This document shows positions 18,784-26,709 of a stretch of DNA of 64,000 nt, one piece after another. The DNA is taken from positions 24,720 through 88,719 of the forward strand of contig CAZNEE010000005.1 in the NCBI GenBank assembly GCA_964572255.1. The letters run 5' to 3'. Under the pieces are notes generated by a model. It worked only from the letters and a program-made list of their open reading frames with translations. It made no database searches and was not told the origin of the DNA. The DNA is from an uncultured Planctomycetia bacterium (GTDB taxonomy: Bacteria; Omnitrophota; Gorgyraeia; Tantalellales; Tantalellaceae). The position numbers and the translations under genes are program-made. The stretch's first letter is position 1, and each line of letters begins with the position of its first letter.

Positions 18784-19215
18784 TTATTGCTCTTCCCACA
18801 CTACAGCGCCATTCACATACAGTATATTCATGCCTTTTGAATGATTTTTAGCTTTATCACGTATGATCGGCTCAAGCGAGGAAGATTTAACTGTCAACCC
18901 CGCTGTGTAGATATAATCCGGATCTTCAGGGGTCCCTATTTTCCCGGTTGCCGGACAATCAACAAAACGTTTATCGGCAAGATATTGTTCGTCATAAAGC
19001 ACTTTAAGTGAATCCGGGAATTTTGTGTTATTTTCACGGGCATAAATATAAGAGGCCCTTCCCAATTCCCGCAGATTGTTGGAACACATTATCCTGTCTG
19101 ATCTTATGCTGATATATTTAACGAAAGGCAGCAGCGCCACTACTATAATAAGCACTATAACGAAAACTATTACCAGTTCGCCTAATGTAAATCCCCTGTT
19201 ATCAGCTTTATTCAT
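18784..19215 (-). CDS. prepilin-type N-terminal cleavage/methylation domain protein (type IV pilin-like/pseudopilin, DUF1559-like C-terminus)
   Basis: 143 aa. N-terminal RGFTLGELVIVFVIV pilin signal with Glu at +5, and a C-terminal NILYVNGAV motif resembling the H-x-DG/DUF1559 pilin-like proteins abundant in PVC/Elusimicrobia-type genomes. Confidence 0.75.
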   Translation of the reverse strand: MNKADNRGFTLGELVIVFVIVLIIVVALLPFVKYISIRSDRIMCSNNLRELGRASYIYARENNTKFPDSLKVLYDEQYLADKRFVDCPATGKIGTPEDPDYIYTAGLTVKSSSLEPIIRDKAKNHSKGMNILYVNGAVVWEEQ

Positions 19216-19861
19216 CTTTAAACGATCTTTCCACTTGTTCGATTATGACTTTCGCGCACTGTTTTTTACCGATATTTTTTAACTCTGTAATAACATTCTT
19301 CTTATCAATAATTAAAAAAGTCTTTTCCCCCTCTCCAAAGGGATCTGCGCTTTTATCCTTTTTATTGGCTACGATAAGATCCAGATTTTTTTCTTTAAGT
19401 TTCTTTTTGGCGTTTTTTACCAGCTCCTCTGTCTCGAGAGCAAAGCCCACTTTCATAAGCCCATTCCTCTTTTTTAAACCTTGCAGGATATCCGGATTTT
19501 TTACAAGCTCCAACTGTATTTTTTGTCTTTTCTTGATCTTTTGGCCTTTTATCTTAACAGGACGAAAATCACATACTGCAGCCGACATTATTATGCAATC
19601 TATCCCTTTTATTCTTTTCATTACTTCTCTCTGCATATCACGTGCAGTTTTAACAAAAACAGTTTGCACGTCTTTGGAAGGTTTTATCGACACAGGACCG
19701 CTTACCAGAAATGTTTTAAATCCTTTCCTTTTTGCTTCGAGGGCTATTTCTTGCCCCATGATTCCTGAAGAGTAATTCGAAATATATCTTACCGGATCTA
19801 TAGGTTCTATGGTAGGGCCTGCGGTTACAAGGATCTTGTAGTGTGATTTTCTTTTCTTCAC
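19208..19861 (-). CDS. coaB: phosphopantothenate--cysteine ligase (CoaB), stand-alone
   Basis: 217 aa DFP-family C-terminal-half homolog (VTAGPT...SSG motif). Separate ORF overlapping coaC by 4 nt. Confidence 0.85.
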   Translation of the reverse strand: MKKRKSHYKILVTAGPTIEPIDPVRYISNYSSGIMGQEIALEAKRKGFKTFLVSGPVSIKPSKDVQTVFVKTARDMQREVMKRIKGIDCIIMSAAVCDFRPVKIKGQKIKKRQKIQLELVKNPDILQGLKKRNGLMKVGFALETEELVKNAKKKLKEKNLDLIVANKKDKSADPFGEGEKTFLIIDKKNVITELKNIGKKQCAKVIIEQVERSFKDE

Positions 19862-20394
19862 GCCAGAATCTTATCAACTTGTTCGACAATATCCTCGACA
19901 GGCGCTAGATGCCCTATTCCTTCTCGGCCGCAAGCAAGATGGCCTTTTACGGGGCCGATGAAATGATATCCTTTTCCCTGCAGATAGGATATTTTATCCT
20001 GAATAATCGAATTGTTATACATCTTATCATTCATGGCCGGCGCGAAAAGAACCGGACAATCTGACGCAAAGACCGTGCAGCACAGTATATCATCACACAC
20101 GCCCGACGCTATTTTTGAGATCACATCGGCTGTCGCGGGAGCGATCAAAACAAGGTCTGCTTCATCCGCCAAAGAAATATGCACAGGGTCTCTTTTGTCG
20201 GGCAGTTTGAACATGTCTTTTATGACTTTCGCTTGAGAGAGAGTCTCCAATGTCAAAGGCGTAACAAACCATTTAGCATCTTTCGACATCACACAACGCA
20301 CGGAATATCCTTTTTTACGCAGCATACTGATAAGATCACACGCTTTATACGCCGCAATGCTTCCTGTTACACCTAAAACAATATTTTTAGCCAT
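19858..20394 (-). CDS. coaC: phosphopantothenoylcysteine decarboxylase flavoprotein (CoaC), stand-alone
   Basis: 178 aa flavoprotein fold (GVTGSIAAYK, PAMN motif). Confidence 0.85.
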   Translation of the reverse strand: MAKNIVLGVTGSIAAYKACDLISMLRKKGYSVRCVMSKDAKWFVTPLTLETLSQAKVIKDMFKLPDKRDPVHISLADEADLVLIAPATADVISKIASGVCDDILCCTVFASDCPVLFAPAMNDKMYNNSIIQDKISYLQGKGYHFIGPVKGHLACGREGIGHLAPVEDIVEQVDKILA

Positions 20395-20399
20395 TTCCT

Positions 20400-20600
20400 T
20401 TATTTGCTTCCCTGTTTAAGCTTTACCTTATCTTCCACTATTTCTTTTATGGCTATTGTAGTCACTTTTTCTTTCGGGCCTGCATCTACTAATTTTTTCA
20501 TGCCGCTGTTAAGCTCGGTGGCCCTCATGGCAGCCAGATTACATAATTTATAAAGACTATCAACTTTTTTTAAAAGTTCTTCCCGGGGAACATCTCCCAT
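20400..20600 (-). CDS. rpoZ: DNA-directed RNA polymerase subunit omega
   Basis: 66 aa with the RpoZ core (LAAMRATELN), in conserved yicC-gmk-rpoZ order. Confidence 0.85.
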   Translation of the reverse strand: MGDVPREELLKKVDSLYKLCNLAAMRATELNSGMKKLVDAGPKEKVTTIAIKEIVEDKVKLKQGSK

Positions 20601-20606
20601 ACATGA

Positions 20607-21206
20607 TCACCTTTTCCTCATTTTTTGCCTGTTTTGTCTTTCTTTCTCTATGATAGAATAAAGCTCATCAACAGCCTTTTCTATTTCCTCATTAACAATA
20701 ACATAATCATATTCATCAGACGAAGCGATTTCCCTTTCCGATTCTTTCAGCCGTTGAGATACATCCGTCTCCTGGTCCGTATTCCTTCCTTCCAGCCTGG
20801 ATCTTAACTCTTCCACGGAGGGCGGCATTACAAAAATACTGATACTTTCCGGGATCTTTTCTCTTACCTTCCTTGCGCCTTTAACGTCTATGCTCAGTAT
20901 CAAATCTTCCTTTTTTTCTATGGCTTCATCAAGCTGGGCCTTTGAAGTCCCGTAATAGTGCCCGAAGTTCTCCTCCCATTCAAGAAGTTCGCCCTTCTCT
21001 ATTCTTTTTTCGAATTCTTCACGGGAAAGAAAGATATAATCCTCTTCTTGTTTTTCTCCTTCTCGCGGGGGCCTTGTAGTATATGAAACGCTTCTTTTTA
21101 CACCCGGCATTTTCTCCAGCAAATGATTGATTATCGTTGTCTTTCCGCTGCCGCTGGGCGCAGATACTATTATTACCAGAGGCTCTCTCTCTATGCTTCT
21201 ACTCAA
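20607..21206 (-). CDS. gmk: guanylate kinase
   Basis: 199 aa. P-loop SGSGKTT and a GMP-binding region. Confidence 0.92.
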   Translation of the reverse strand: MSRSIEREPLVIIVSAPSGSGKTTIINHLLEKMPGVKRSVSYTTRPPREGEKQEEDYIFLSREEFEKRIEKGELLEWEENFGHYYGTSKAQLDEAIEKKEDLILSIDVKGARKVREKIPESISIFVMPPSVEELRSRLEGRNTDQETDVSQRLKESEREIASSDEYDYVIVNEEIEKAVDELYSIIEKERQNRQKMRKR

Positions 21207-22083
21207 TGTTCTTCAGCTGCTCCCGCATTTTCTCAACTTCGCTCTTTATCTCGATAACGGCCTTACTTATCCTGAAATCATTTGATTTGGCCGACATCGT
21301 GTTCGCCTCCCTGTGCATCTCTTGAGCGATAAAGTCGAGCTTCTTCCCGATATCTTCTTCCGTTCCCTCCAGCGAATTAGCATAATTTGCCAGATGATTT
21401 TCAAGACGTATCATCTCTTCCGTGATGTCACAATTCCTGGCAAATAATGCCACTTCCGTTTCAAGCCTTTCCTTGTCCAGCTCTATCTTATCCGATAATT
21501 CAGCAACGGTTTTTTTTAATTTATCCCTGTATTCTTCCACGCTTTTTTTCGCGTATTTTTTCACGCTCCCCAGCGCTTTTTTGACTTTACCCGCTCTTTG
21601 CTTAAGATCTTTCGCTAGTCTCGCCCCTTCCTGTTCCCTGTAATCGATCAGATCTTTTATCGCGCCGTTCATCGCTCTTTTCACGTAAAGCCATAATTTC
21701 TCTTCTATTTTTTCGTTCTCAAACTCCAGTATTCCGGGAAGGGCAATAATATCTTTCAGATCAAGCTCCCCCTTGACATGCACTTTTTTCTGAGCAGCTT
21801 TAAGTTTTTTTATGTACTCCCTGGCAAGATTTTCATTAAACACTAACTTCTTGAGAGACTTTTGCTTTTCGGCATTTTCTCTTGCTATCCTCACGAAAAC
21901 TTTGCCTCTGAACACTTTCCCGTTAAAAAGCGCTTTTATTTTCTCTTCCATGAGAAAAAAACCGTCTAACGGAGCGCAGCTTATACTGAGACTTTTATTG
22001 TTAAGGGTCTTGATCTCGGCGGTTATTTCGCCGTAAGGGCACCTTACGGTGCTTTTTCCGAATCCTGTCATTGATTTGATCAT
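21199..22083 (-). CDS. yicC: YicC-family protein (stress-induced/endoribonuclease YicC)
   Basis: 294 aa, MTGFG N-terminus, YicC_N and DUF1732 architecture. Confidence 0.88.
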   Translation of the reverse strand: MIKSMTGFGKSTVRCPYGEITAEIKTLNNKSLSISCAPLDGFFLMEEKIKALFNGKVFRGKVFVRIARENAEKQKSLKKLVFNENLAREYIKKLKAAQKKVHVKGELDLKDIIALPGILEFENEKIEEKLWLYVKRAMNGAIKDLIDYREQEGARLAKDLKQRAGKVKKALGSVKKYAKKSVEEYRDKLKKTVAELSDKIELDKERLETEVALFARNCDITEEMIRLENHLANYANSLEGTEEDIGKKLDFIAQEMHREANTMSAKSNDFRISKAVIEIKSEVEKMREQLKNIE

Positions 22084-22123
22084 AAGCTAATATTTCCTCG
22101 GTAAGTATTTTTTTGAAGGGTAA

Positions 22124-22621
22124 TTACGCCCACTTGCGTATATCCCTGTTTTCCTTTATCACCGTAACAGGGTATATGTCCACGATGATTTCATCCGGCT
22201 CAAACCAGAGTTTGATCTCTCTTTCGGCATCCTGCAATGTTTCCGAGGCATGTATAACGTTCTCGTAAACACCTTCTGTAGTTATCCTTCCGTAAGCTCC
22301 TCTTATTGAGACCGCGTCCGCCTCTTCGGGATTGGTGCTGCCGCATATTTCTCTCACCTTTGGTATCGCATCCTCGCCCCAATATACAAGGGCCATGACC
22401 TTTTTCTTATGATACTCTCCCATAATATAGTTTATGAGGTCCTCAAAAAAATCTTTCTCTTTCAGGGCTTTATAATGCTCTTCGGCAAGGCCCCTTCCGA
22501 CTTTCACGATCTTGGCGCCGACAATATCCAGTTTTGTCTCGGAAAGACGCGTAAGGATATTACCCGTAAGTGATTTTTTCAGCCCATCCGGCTTTATAAG
22601 TACAAGGGTTTGTTCTAGCAT
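22124..22621 (-). CDS. ndk: nucleoside diphosphate kinase (with C-terminal extension)
   Basis: LVLIKPDG, GSTNPEEA..SIRGAYG and NVIHASETLQDAEREIKLWF motifs, His active site. True start is probably ATG at 22621; the ORF-track start at 22648 is a TTG. Confidence 0.85.
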   Translation of the reverse strand: MLEQTLVLIKPDGLKKSLTGNILTRLSETKLDIVGAKIVKVGRGLAEEHYKALKEKDFFEDLINYIMGEYHKKKVMALVYWGEDAIPKVREICGSTNPEEADAVSIRGAYGRITTEGVYENVIHASETLQDAEREIKLWFEPDEIIVDIYPVTVIKENRDIRKWA

Positions 22622-22720
22622 GTCCGCACCGTTGTTATATATATGCAATTAAATAAAAATGTTAATTTTACATTATTCTAACAAGTGTAAGCAAAAAGTC
22701 AATAGATTTACAGTTTATGA

Positions 22721-23386
22721 TCAGAAAATTACGATAAATTCACCACGCGGCTTACTTTTAGTAAAGTGTTCGAGATGCCGGCTGGCCTTTTCTCTTCTTA
22801 CTTCTTCAAATTTCTTGGTCAGCTCCCGAGCAAGCACAACTTCTTTGTCTCCTACGACTTCTATAAAATCCTTTAAAAAGCTTTCTATGCGGTGCGGTGA
22901 CTCATAAATAATTACGGTTCTATCCTCTTCTTTTAATTTTTCAAGCTGCTTTTTCCTTCTTGCGCTTTTATTTGAAAGAAAACCTTCAAACACAAACTTA
23001 CTCGTAGGTTTTCCTGAAAGAACTAAGGCGGAAACAAAAGCAGAAGGGCCGGGAATTGCAGTGAGGGGGATATTCTTTTTTATCGCCTCTGAGATCAACC
23101 CCCACCCGGGATCTGATATGCCAGGGGTCCCGGAATCGGATATTAAAGCTATATTCTTCCCGTTTCCAAGATCGTTAACGATCTTGGAAACTTTTGTCTT
23201 TCCAGAATAAGAATGAAAACTCTCTACAGGTGTTTTTATATCATATCTGTTAAGCAGGATCTTAGCATGGCGTGTATCCTCTGCAACGATAAGATCTGCC
23301 TCTTTTAGGATCCTTATCGCTCTTAAAGTTATATCTTCAAGATTCCCGATAGGCGTGCTTACTATATAGAGTGTTCCGGAAGGCAT
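22721..23386 (-). CDS. rsmI: 16S rRNA (cytidine1402-2'-O)-methyltransferase
   Basis: 221 aa tetrapyrrole-methylase fold (YIVSTPIGNLEDIT, GTPGISDPG). Confidence 0.88.
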   Translation of the reverse strand: MPSGTLYIVSTPIGNLEDITLRAIRILKEADLIVAEDTRHAKILLNRYDIKTPVESFHSYSGKTKVSKIVNDLGNGKNIALISDSGTPGISDPGWGLISEAIKKNIPLTAIPGPSAFVSALVLSGKPTSKFVFEGFLSNKSARRKKQLEKLKEEDRTVIIYESPHRIESFLKDFIEVVGDKEVVLARELTKKFEEVRREKASRHLEHFTKSKPRGEFIVIF

Positions 23387-23391
23387 AAAAC

Positions 23392-25254
23392 TTATTCAAC
23401 TGTAACGGATTTTGCCAAATTCCGCGGTTTATCTATATCATAACCAAAATCAAGCGCGACATAATAAGCTAAAAGCTGAAGCGGGATAACCACAAGAACA
23501 GGGGAGAATAGTTCGTCCACTTTGGGCACTTCAACAACATAATCCGCGTTACCGTTACTGGTTATCCTTTTATCCCCCTTTGAAACAATAGCTATAATAA
23601 AACCGCTCCTGGCTTTGACTTCCTGTATATTGGAGATCATCTTATCATACGTGCTCCCCTGGACAGCGATACAAACCACCCATGGATTTTCGTCAATGAG
23701 GGCAATAGGACCATGTTTCATTTCTCCGGCGGGATATCCTTCGGCGCTGATATATGAAATTTCCTTAAGCTTCAATGCGCCTTCTAAAGCGTTAGGACAA
23801 TTTATGTTCCTCGCAAGATAAAGAAAATTACTTTTATTATGCCGTGCAAGATAGTACTCATGGAATTTCTCGGCATACTTCGCTATTTTATTCCTGTGAT
23901 GGCGGTACTGTTCCGTAACTTCGTGCGCCTGCGCGGGCAGCCTTTTCAGCGCTTTCATGAGCTTTTTTTTGTTTGGGATCCTAATCCCCCGCACTCCGGC
24001 AAGATAAAAAGCAAAGAGGTAAAGAATGGCGAGCTGCGCCGTGTAAGCCTTTGTAGAGGCAACTGCTATCTCCGGCCCGGCATGCGTGTAAATCACTCCG
24101 TGCGATTCTCTCGCAATAGAGCTCCCTAAAACGTTACAAATAGCCAATACAGTTGCTCCTCTTTTTTTAGCTTCCCTAAGTGCGGCTAAAGTGTCTGCCG
24201 TTTCTCCGGATTGAGAGATAACGATCAACAATGTCTTTTTGTCAACAATAAGATCTCTGTAGCGGAACTCGCTTGATACATCCGCCCATACCGGAACTTT
24301 CGCGAACTTTTCCAGAAGATATTTCCCGGTAAGCCCGGCATGATAAGCTGTTCCGCAGGCAACTATAGCGATTTGATTGATCCTCTTGAACACGCTTTTG
24401 GGAATAGTAAGTTCCTCAAACTCTATTTTATCGCCCTTCTTGATCCTCTCTGTGAAAATGTCTTTTAATATCTGGGGCTGTTCAAAGATCTCTTTAAGCA
24501 TAAAATGTTTATATCCGCCCTTTTCCGCTTGGGATATATCCCATTTTATAGTCATTATCTGCTTTTTGACTTTTTTCCCGGAAATATCGTACACTGAACA
24601 TTTCTCTCTGGTCAGATCAACGATTTCTTCATTCTCAACATAAATAACTTTTTTAGTATGTTCAAGCACTGCCGGGATATCACTTGCGAGAAAATTTTCT
24701 CCTTCTCCCAGTCCGACTATCAAGGGGCTGTCTTTTCTCGCTCCGACTATTCTGCCCTCTTCTCCCTGATGTATTACCGCGATCGCATAAGATCCTTCGA
24801 GATGCTTGATTGCTGTAGTAACGGCTTTGCGCAGATCTCCTTTATAATATTTTGATACCAGGTGGGCTATAACTTCCGAATCTGTTTCCGAACGGAACTT
24901 ACATCCCTCTTCCTGAAGTTTTTTCTTAAGTTCCATGTAGTTCTCGATAATGCCGTTATGAACAACCGCGATATCCCCCGCGGTATCAAGGTGAGGATGC
25001 GCGTTAACATCATTGGGGACCCCATGTGTAGCCCAACGTGTATGAGCGATCCCTGAATGGGCTTTTAGGGGGACATGGTGCAGTTCGTCCGAGAGGACAG
25101 AAAGCCTCCCCTGTTTTTTTCTTATTGTTATCCCGTCGTCTTTTATGACCGCCACACCGGCAGAATCATATCCTCTATATTCCAGGCGGGACAACGAATT
25201 GATGAGTATCTTTACCGCTTCTTTTTTTCCCACATATCCGACAATGCCGCACAT
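23392..25254 (-). CDS. glmS: glutamine--fructose-6-phosphate aminotransferase (isomerizing)
   Basis: 620 aa. N-terminal MCGIVGY Ntn amidotransferase domain and two SIS domains. Confidence 0.95.
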   Translation of the reverse strand: MCGIVGYVGKKEAVKILINSLSRLEYRGYDSAGVAVIKDDGITIRKKQGRLSVLSDELHHVPLKAHSGIAHTRWATHGVPNDVNAHPHLDTAGDIAVVHNGIIENYMELKKKLQEEGCKFRSETDSEVIAHLVSKYYKGDLRKAVTTAIKHLEGSYAIAVIHQGEEGRIVGARKDSPLIVGLGEGENFLASDIPAVLEHTKKVIYVENEEIVDLTREKCSVYDISGKKVKKQIMTIKWDISQAEKGGYKHFMLKEIFEQPQILKDIFTERIKKGDKIEFEELTIPKSVFKRINQIAIVACGTAYHAGLTGKYLLEKFAKVPVWADVSSEFRYRDLIVDKKTLLIVISQSGETADTLAALREAKKRGATVLAICNVLGSSIARESHGVIYTHAGPEIAVASTKAYTAQLAILYLFAFYLAGVRGIRIPNKKKLMKALKRLPAQAHEVTEQYRHHRNKIAKYAEKFHEYYLARHNKSNFLYLARNINCPNALEGALKLKEISYISAEGYPAGEMKHGPIALIDENPWVVCIAVQGSTYDKMISNIQEVKARSGFIIAIVSKGDKRITSNGNADYVVEVPKVDELFSPVLVVIPLQLLAYYVALDFGYDIDKPRNLAKSVTVE

Positions 25255-25269
25255 ATTTTCCCTTTGCCT

Positions 25270-25800
25270 TTAATTTTCTTTATACCACTTATCCATCATA
25301 TTTTTAATGTCCACTCTTGCGCAACGGCCGACAAGAGAAGCCATGTAAAGGAGTAATGAAAATTGCCAGCAATCTTCCGGCCCGACAATGAGCGCAGTAT
25401 TGATATTTTCCTCTTTTTCCAGCTTTCTCTTGTGCGTTTCCACGCATTTTGAAAGAGATTTTTCATCAACATCTATTCTGTCCACTGCATTGTTGTATTT
25501 TAAAGAGGGCAGCCTGATGCCCCTCATCAAGAAAAACATCTGCAGGATGTTCTGGTCCAGATCCAATTCCTTTTCAAAATCAAACCCTTCGAACTGCGGC
25601 ATGTCCTCCGGAAGTATTATCATGGGCTTTTCAACAATGATCTTCCCTCTCCTGACAATCGTGTTGCCTTCATTTACGGAGGATTCGGCAAGAAATATAT
25701 AAGGAACCGTTGTCACGGAAAAAGTGGATAAGCCCTTTACCCTGCCTCTAATGACTTCTGTTTTTTGCTCAGCTTTCTCCCAAAGACTTTCGATATTCAC
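25270..25800 (-). CDS. hypothetical protein (no recognisable domain), immediately upstream of and co-oriented with glmS
   Basis: 176 aa, soluble, no motif recognised. Stop lies 16 nt before the glmS ATG. Confidence 0.5.
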   Translation of the reverse strand: MNIESLWEKAEQKTEVIRGRVKGLSTFSVTTVPYIFLAESSVNEGNTIVRRGKIIVEKPMIILPEDMPQFEGFDFEKELDLDQNILQMFFLMRGIRLPSLKYNNAVDRIDVDEKSLSKCVETHKRKLEKEENINTALIVGPEDCWQFSLLLYMASLVGRCARVDIKNMMDKWYKEN

Positions 25801-25935
25801 GTTGCCTGCTCCTTGAAACGCTATTGGGGAACCTTATAGTCCTGCCTTTAAATTTCGCGCGGCTTCCCAAAGCTGTTCTATGTCCATATTGATATCCTCT
25901 TGTAAAAAAGCCAGCTTTCACTAAGCCAGCTTTTT

Positions 25936-26012
25936 ATGGCGGGGCGGACGGGGCTCGAACCCGCGACCTTCGGATCGACAGTCCGACGTTCTAGCCGACT
26001 GAACTACCGCCC
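25936..26012 (-). tRNA. tRNA-Asp (anticodon GTC)
   Basis: Acceptor GGGGCGG/CCGCCCC, anticodon stem TCGGA/TCCGA with loop CTGTCGA, T-loop TTCGAGC, discriminator G, encoded CCA. Confidence 0.85.
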
Positions 26013-26118
26013 CATGGTTATAAAGCTTCCTCCTCTAAAGGAGAAAGCGTTTAACTTGCTGTGGGCCCGAAGGGCGCCGTTTTCCTTTAAAGGCGGCCCG
26101 AAGGCCCGAATTTTCACA

Positions 26119-26197
26119 GTGGTGGGCGAGACAGGATTCGAACCTGTGACCTCTTCCTTGTAAGGGAAGCACTCTAAACCAGCTGAGTTACTCGCCC
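26119..26197 (-). tRNA. tRNA-Val(UAC)-like gene with an 8-nt anticodon loop (CUUAACAA)
   Basis: Perfect cloverleaf: acceptor GGGCGAG/CTCGCCC, D-stem ACTC/GAGT, anticodon stem CTTCC/GGAAG, T-arm ACAGG-TTCGAAT-CCTGT, A73, encoded CCA. The anticodon loop is CTTAACAA, one A more than a canonical Val-UAC loop CTTACAA. Confidence 0.75.
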
Positions 26198-26254
26198 GCA
26201 TTTTGAGAAAACGTATTATATATTAAGAGCAATAATATGTCAAATACTATACAT

Positions 26255-26692
26255 TTATTTTGGCAGTGCCGTCATCGCAAAGACCATGACAAAAAGCGCT
26301 ACTGTCTCAATAACCCCCAGGACCATGATATAATTCCCAAATCCTTTTCCTGTTTCCGCCAAAGCATCTGCTGCGCTTGCGCCGGCCTTTCCCTGCATCC
26401 AGGCTGAAGCTCCTATTGCGAGACCCGCCGCCAATCCTAAAGCCATCTGATAAGGATACATTTCAGGTTTAATATTCGCGTTTTGTATGGCATTCCTTAA
26501 TATCATTCCGTAAATCGTCTGAGATAAAGGTGCTCCTACAAATGCTATAAGAATGAACGGAGCTAATTTATTCTGCATGAACGCTCTTTTCCACGCGCCT
26601 ATTGCAGCCATGCCCGCCACGCCTGTTCCTAAAGCTGAACCTACAGCCGCGAATGCCAATGAAAGGCCCATATCTCCCAATCCTGAAACCAT
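26255..26692 (-). CDS. ntpK: V-type ATP synthase subunit K (proteolipid c, 4-TM duplicated form)
   Basis: 145 aa, four TM helices, essential Glu in the last helix (GVIETVALF). Last gene of the V-ATPase operon. Confidence 0.88.
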   Translation of the reverse strand: MVSGLGDMGLSLAFAAVGSALGTGVAGMAAIGAWKRAFMQNKLAPFILIAFVGAPLSQTIYGMILRNAIQNANIKPEMYPYQMALGLAAGLAIGASAWMQGKAGASAADALAETGKGFGNYIMVLGVIETVALFVMVFAMTALPK

Positions 26693-26709
26693 ATTTCCTC
26701 CTTTAAAAT

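Noticed and set aside
22622-22648. Longer ndk start (MHIYNNGAD...) from the ORF track
   Set aside because: That start is a TTG. The conserved NDK N-terminus (MLEQTLVLIKPDG) begins at ATG 22621.
25936-26201. ORF-track ORFs 25936..26163(+) and 26004..26201(-)
   Set aside because: They overlap tRNA-Asp and tRNA-Val and the UUCG-hairpin spacer. They are spurious translations of structured RNA.
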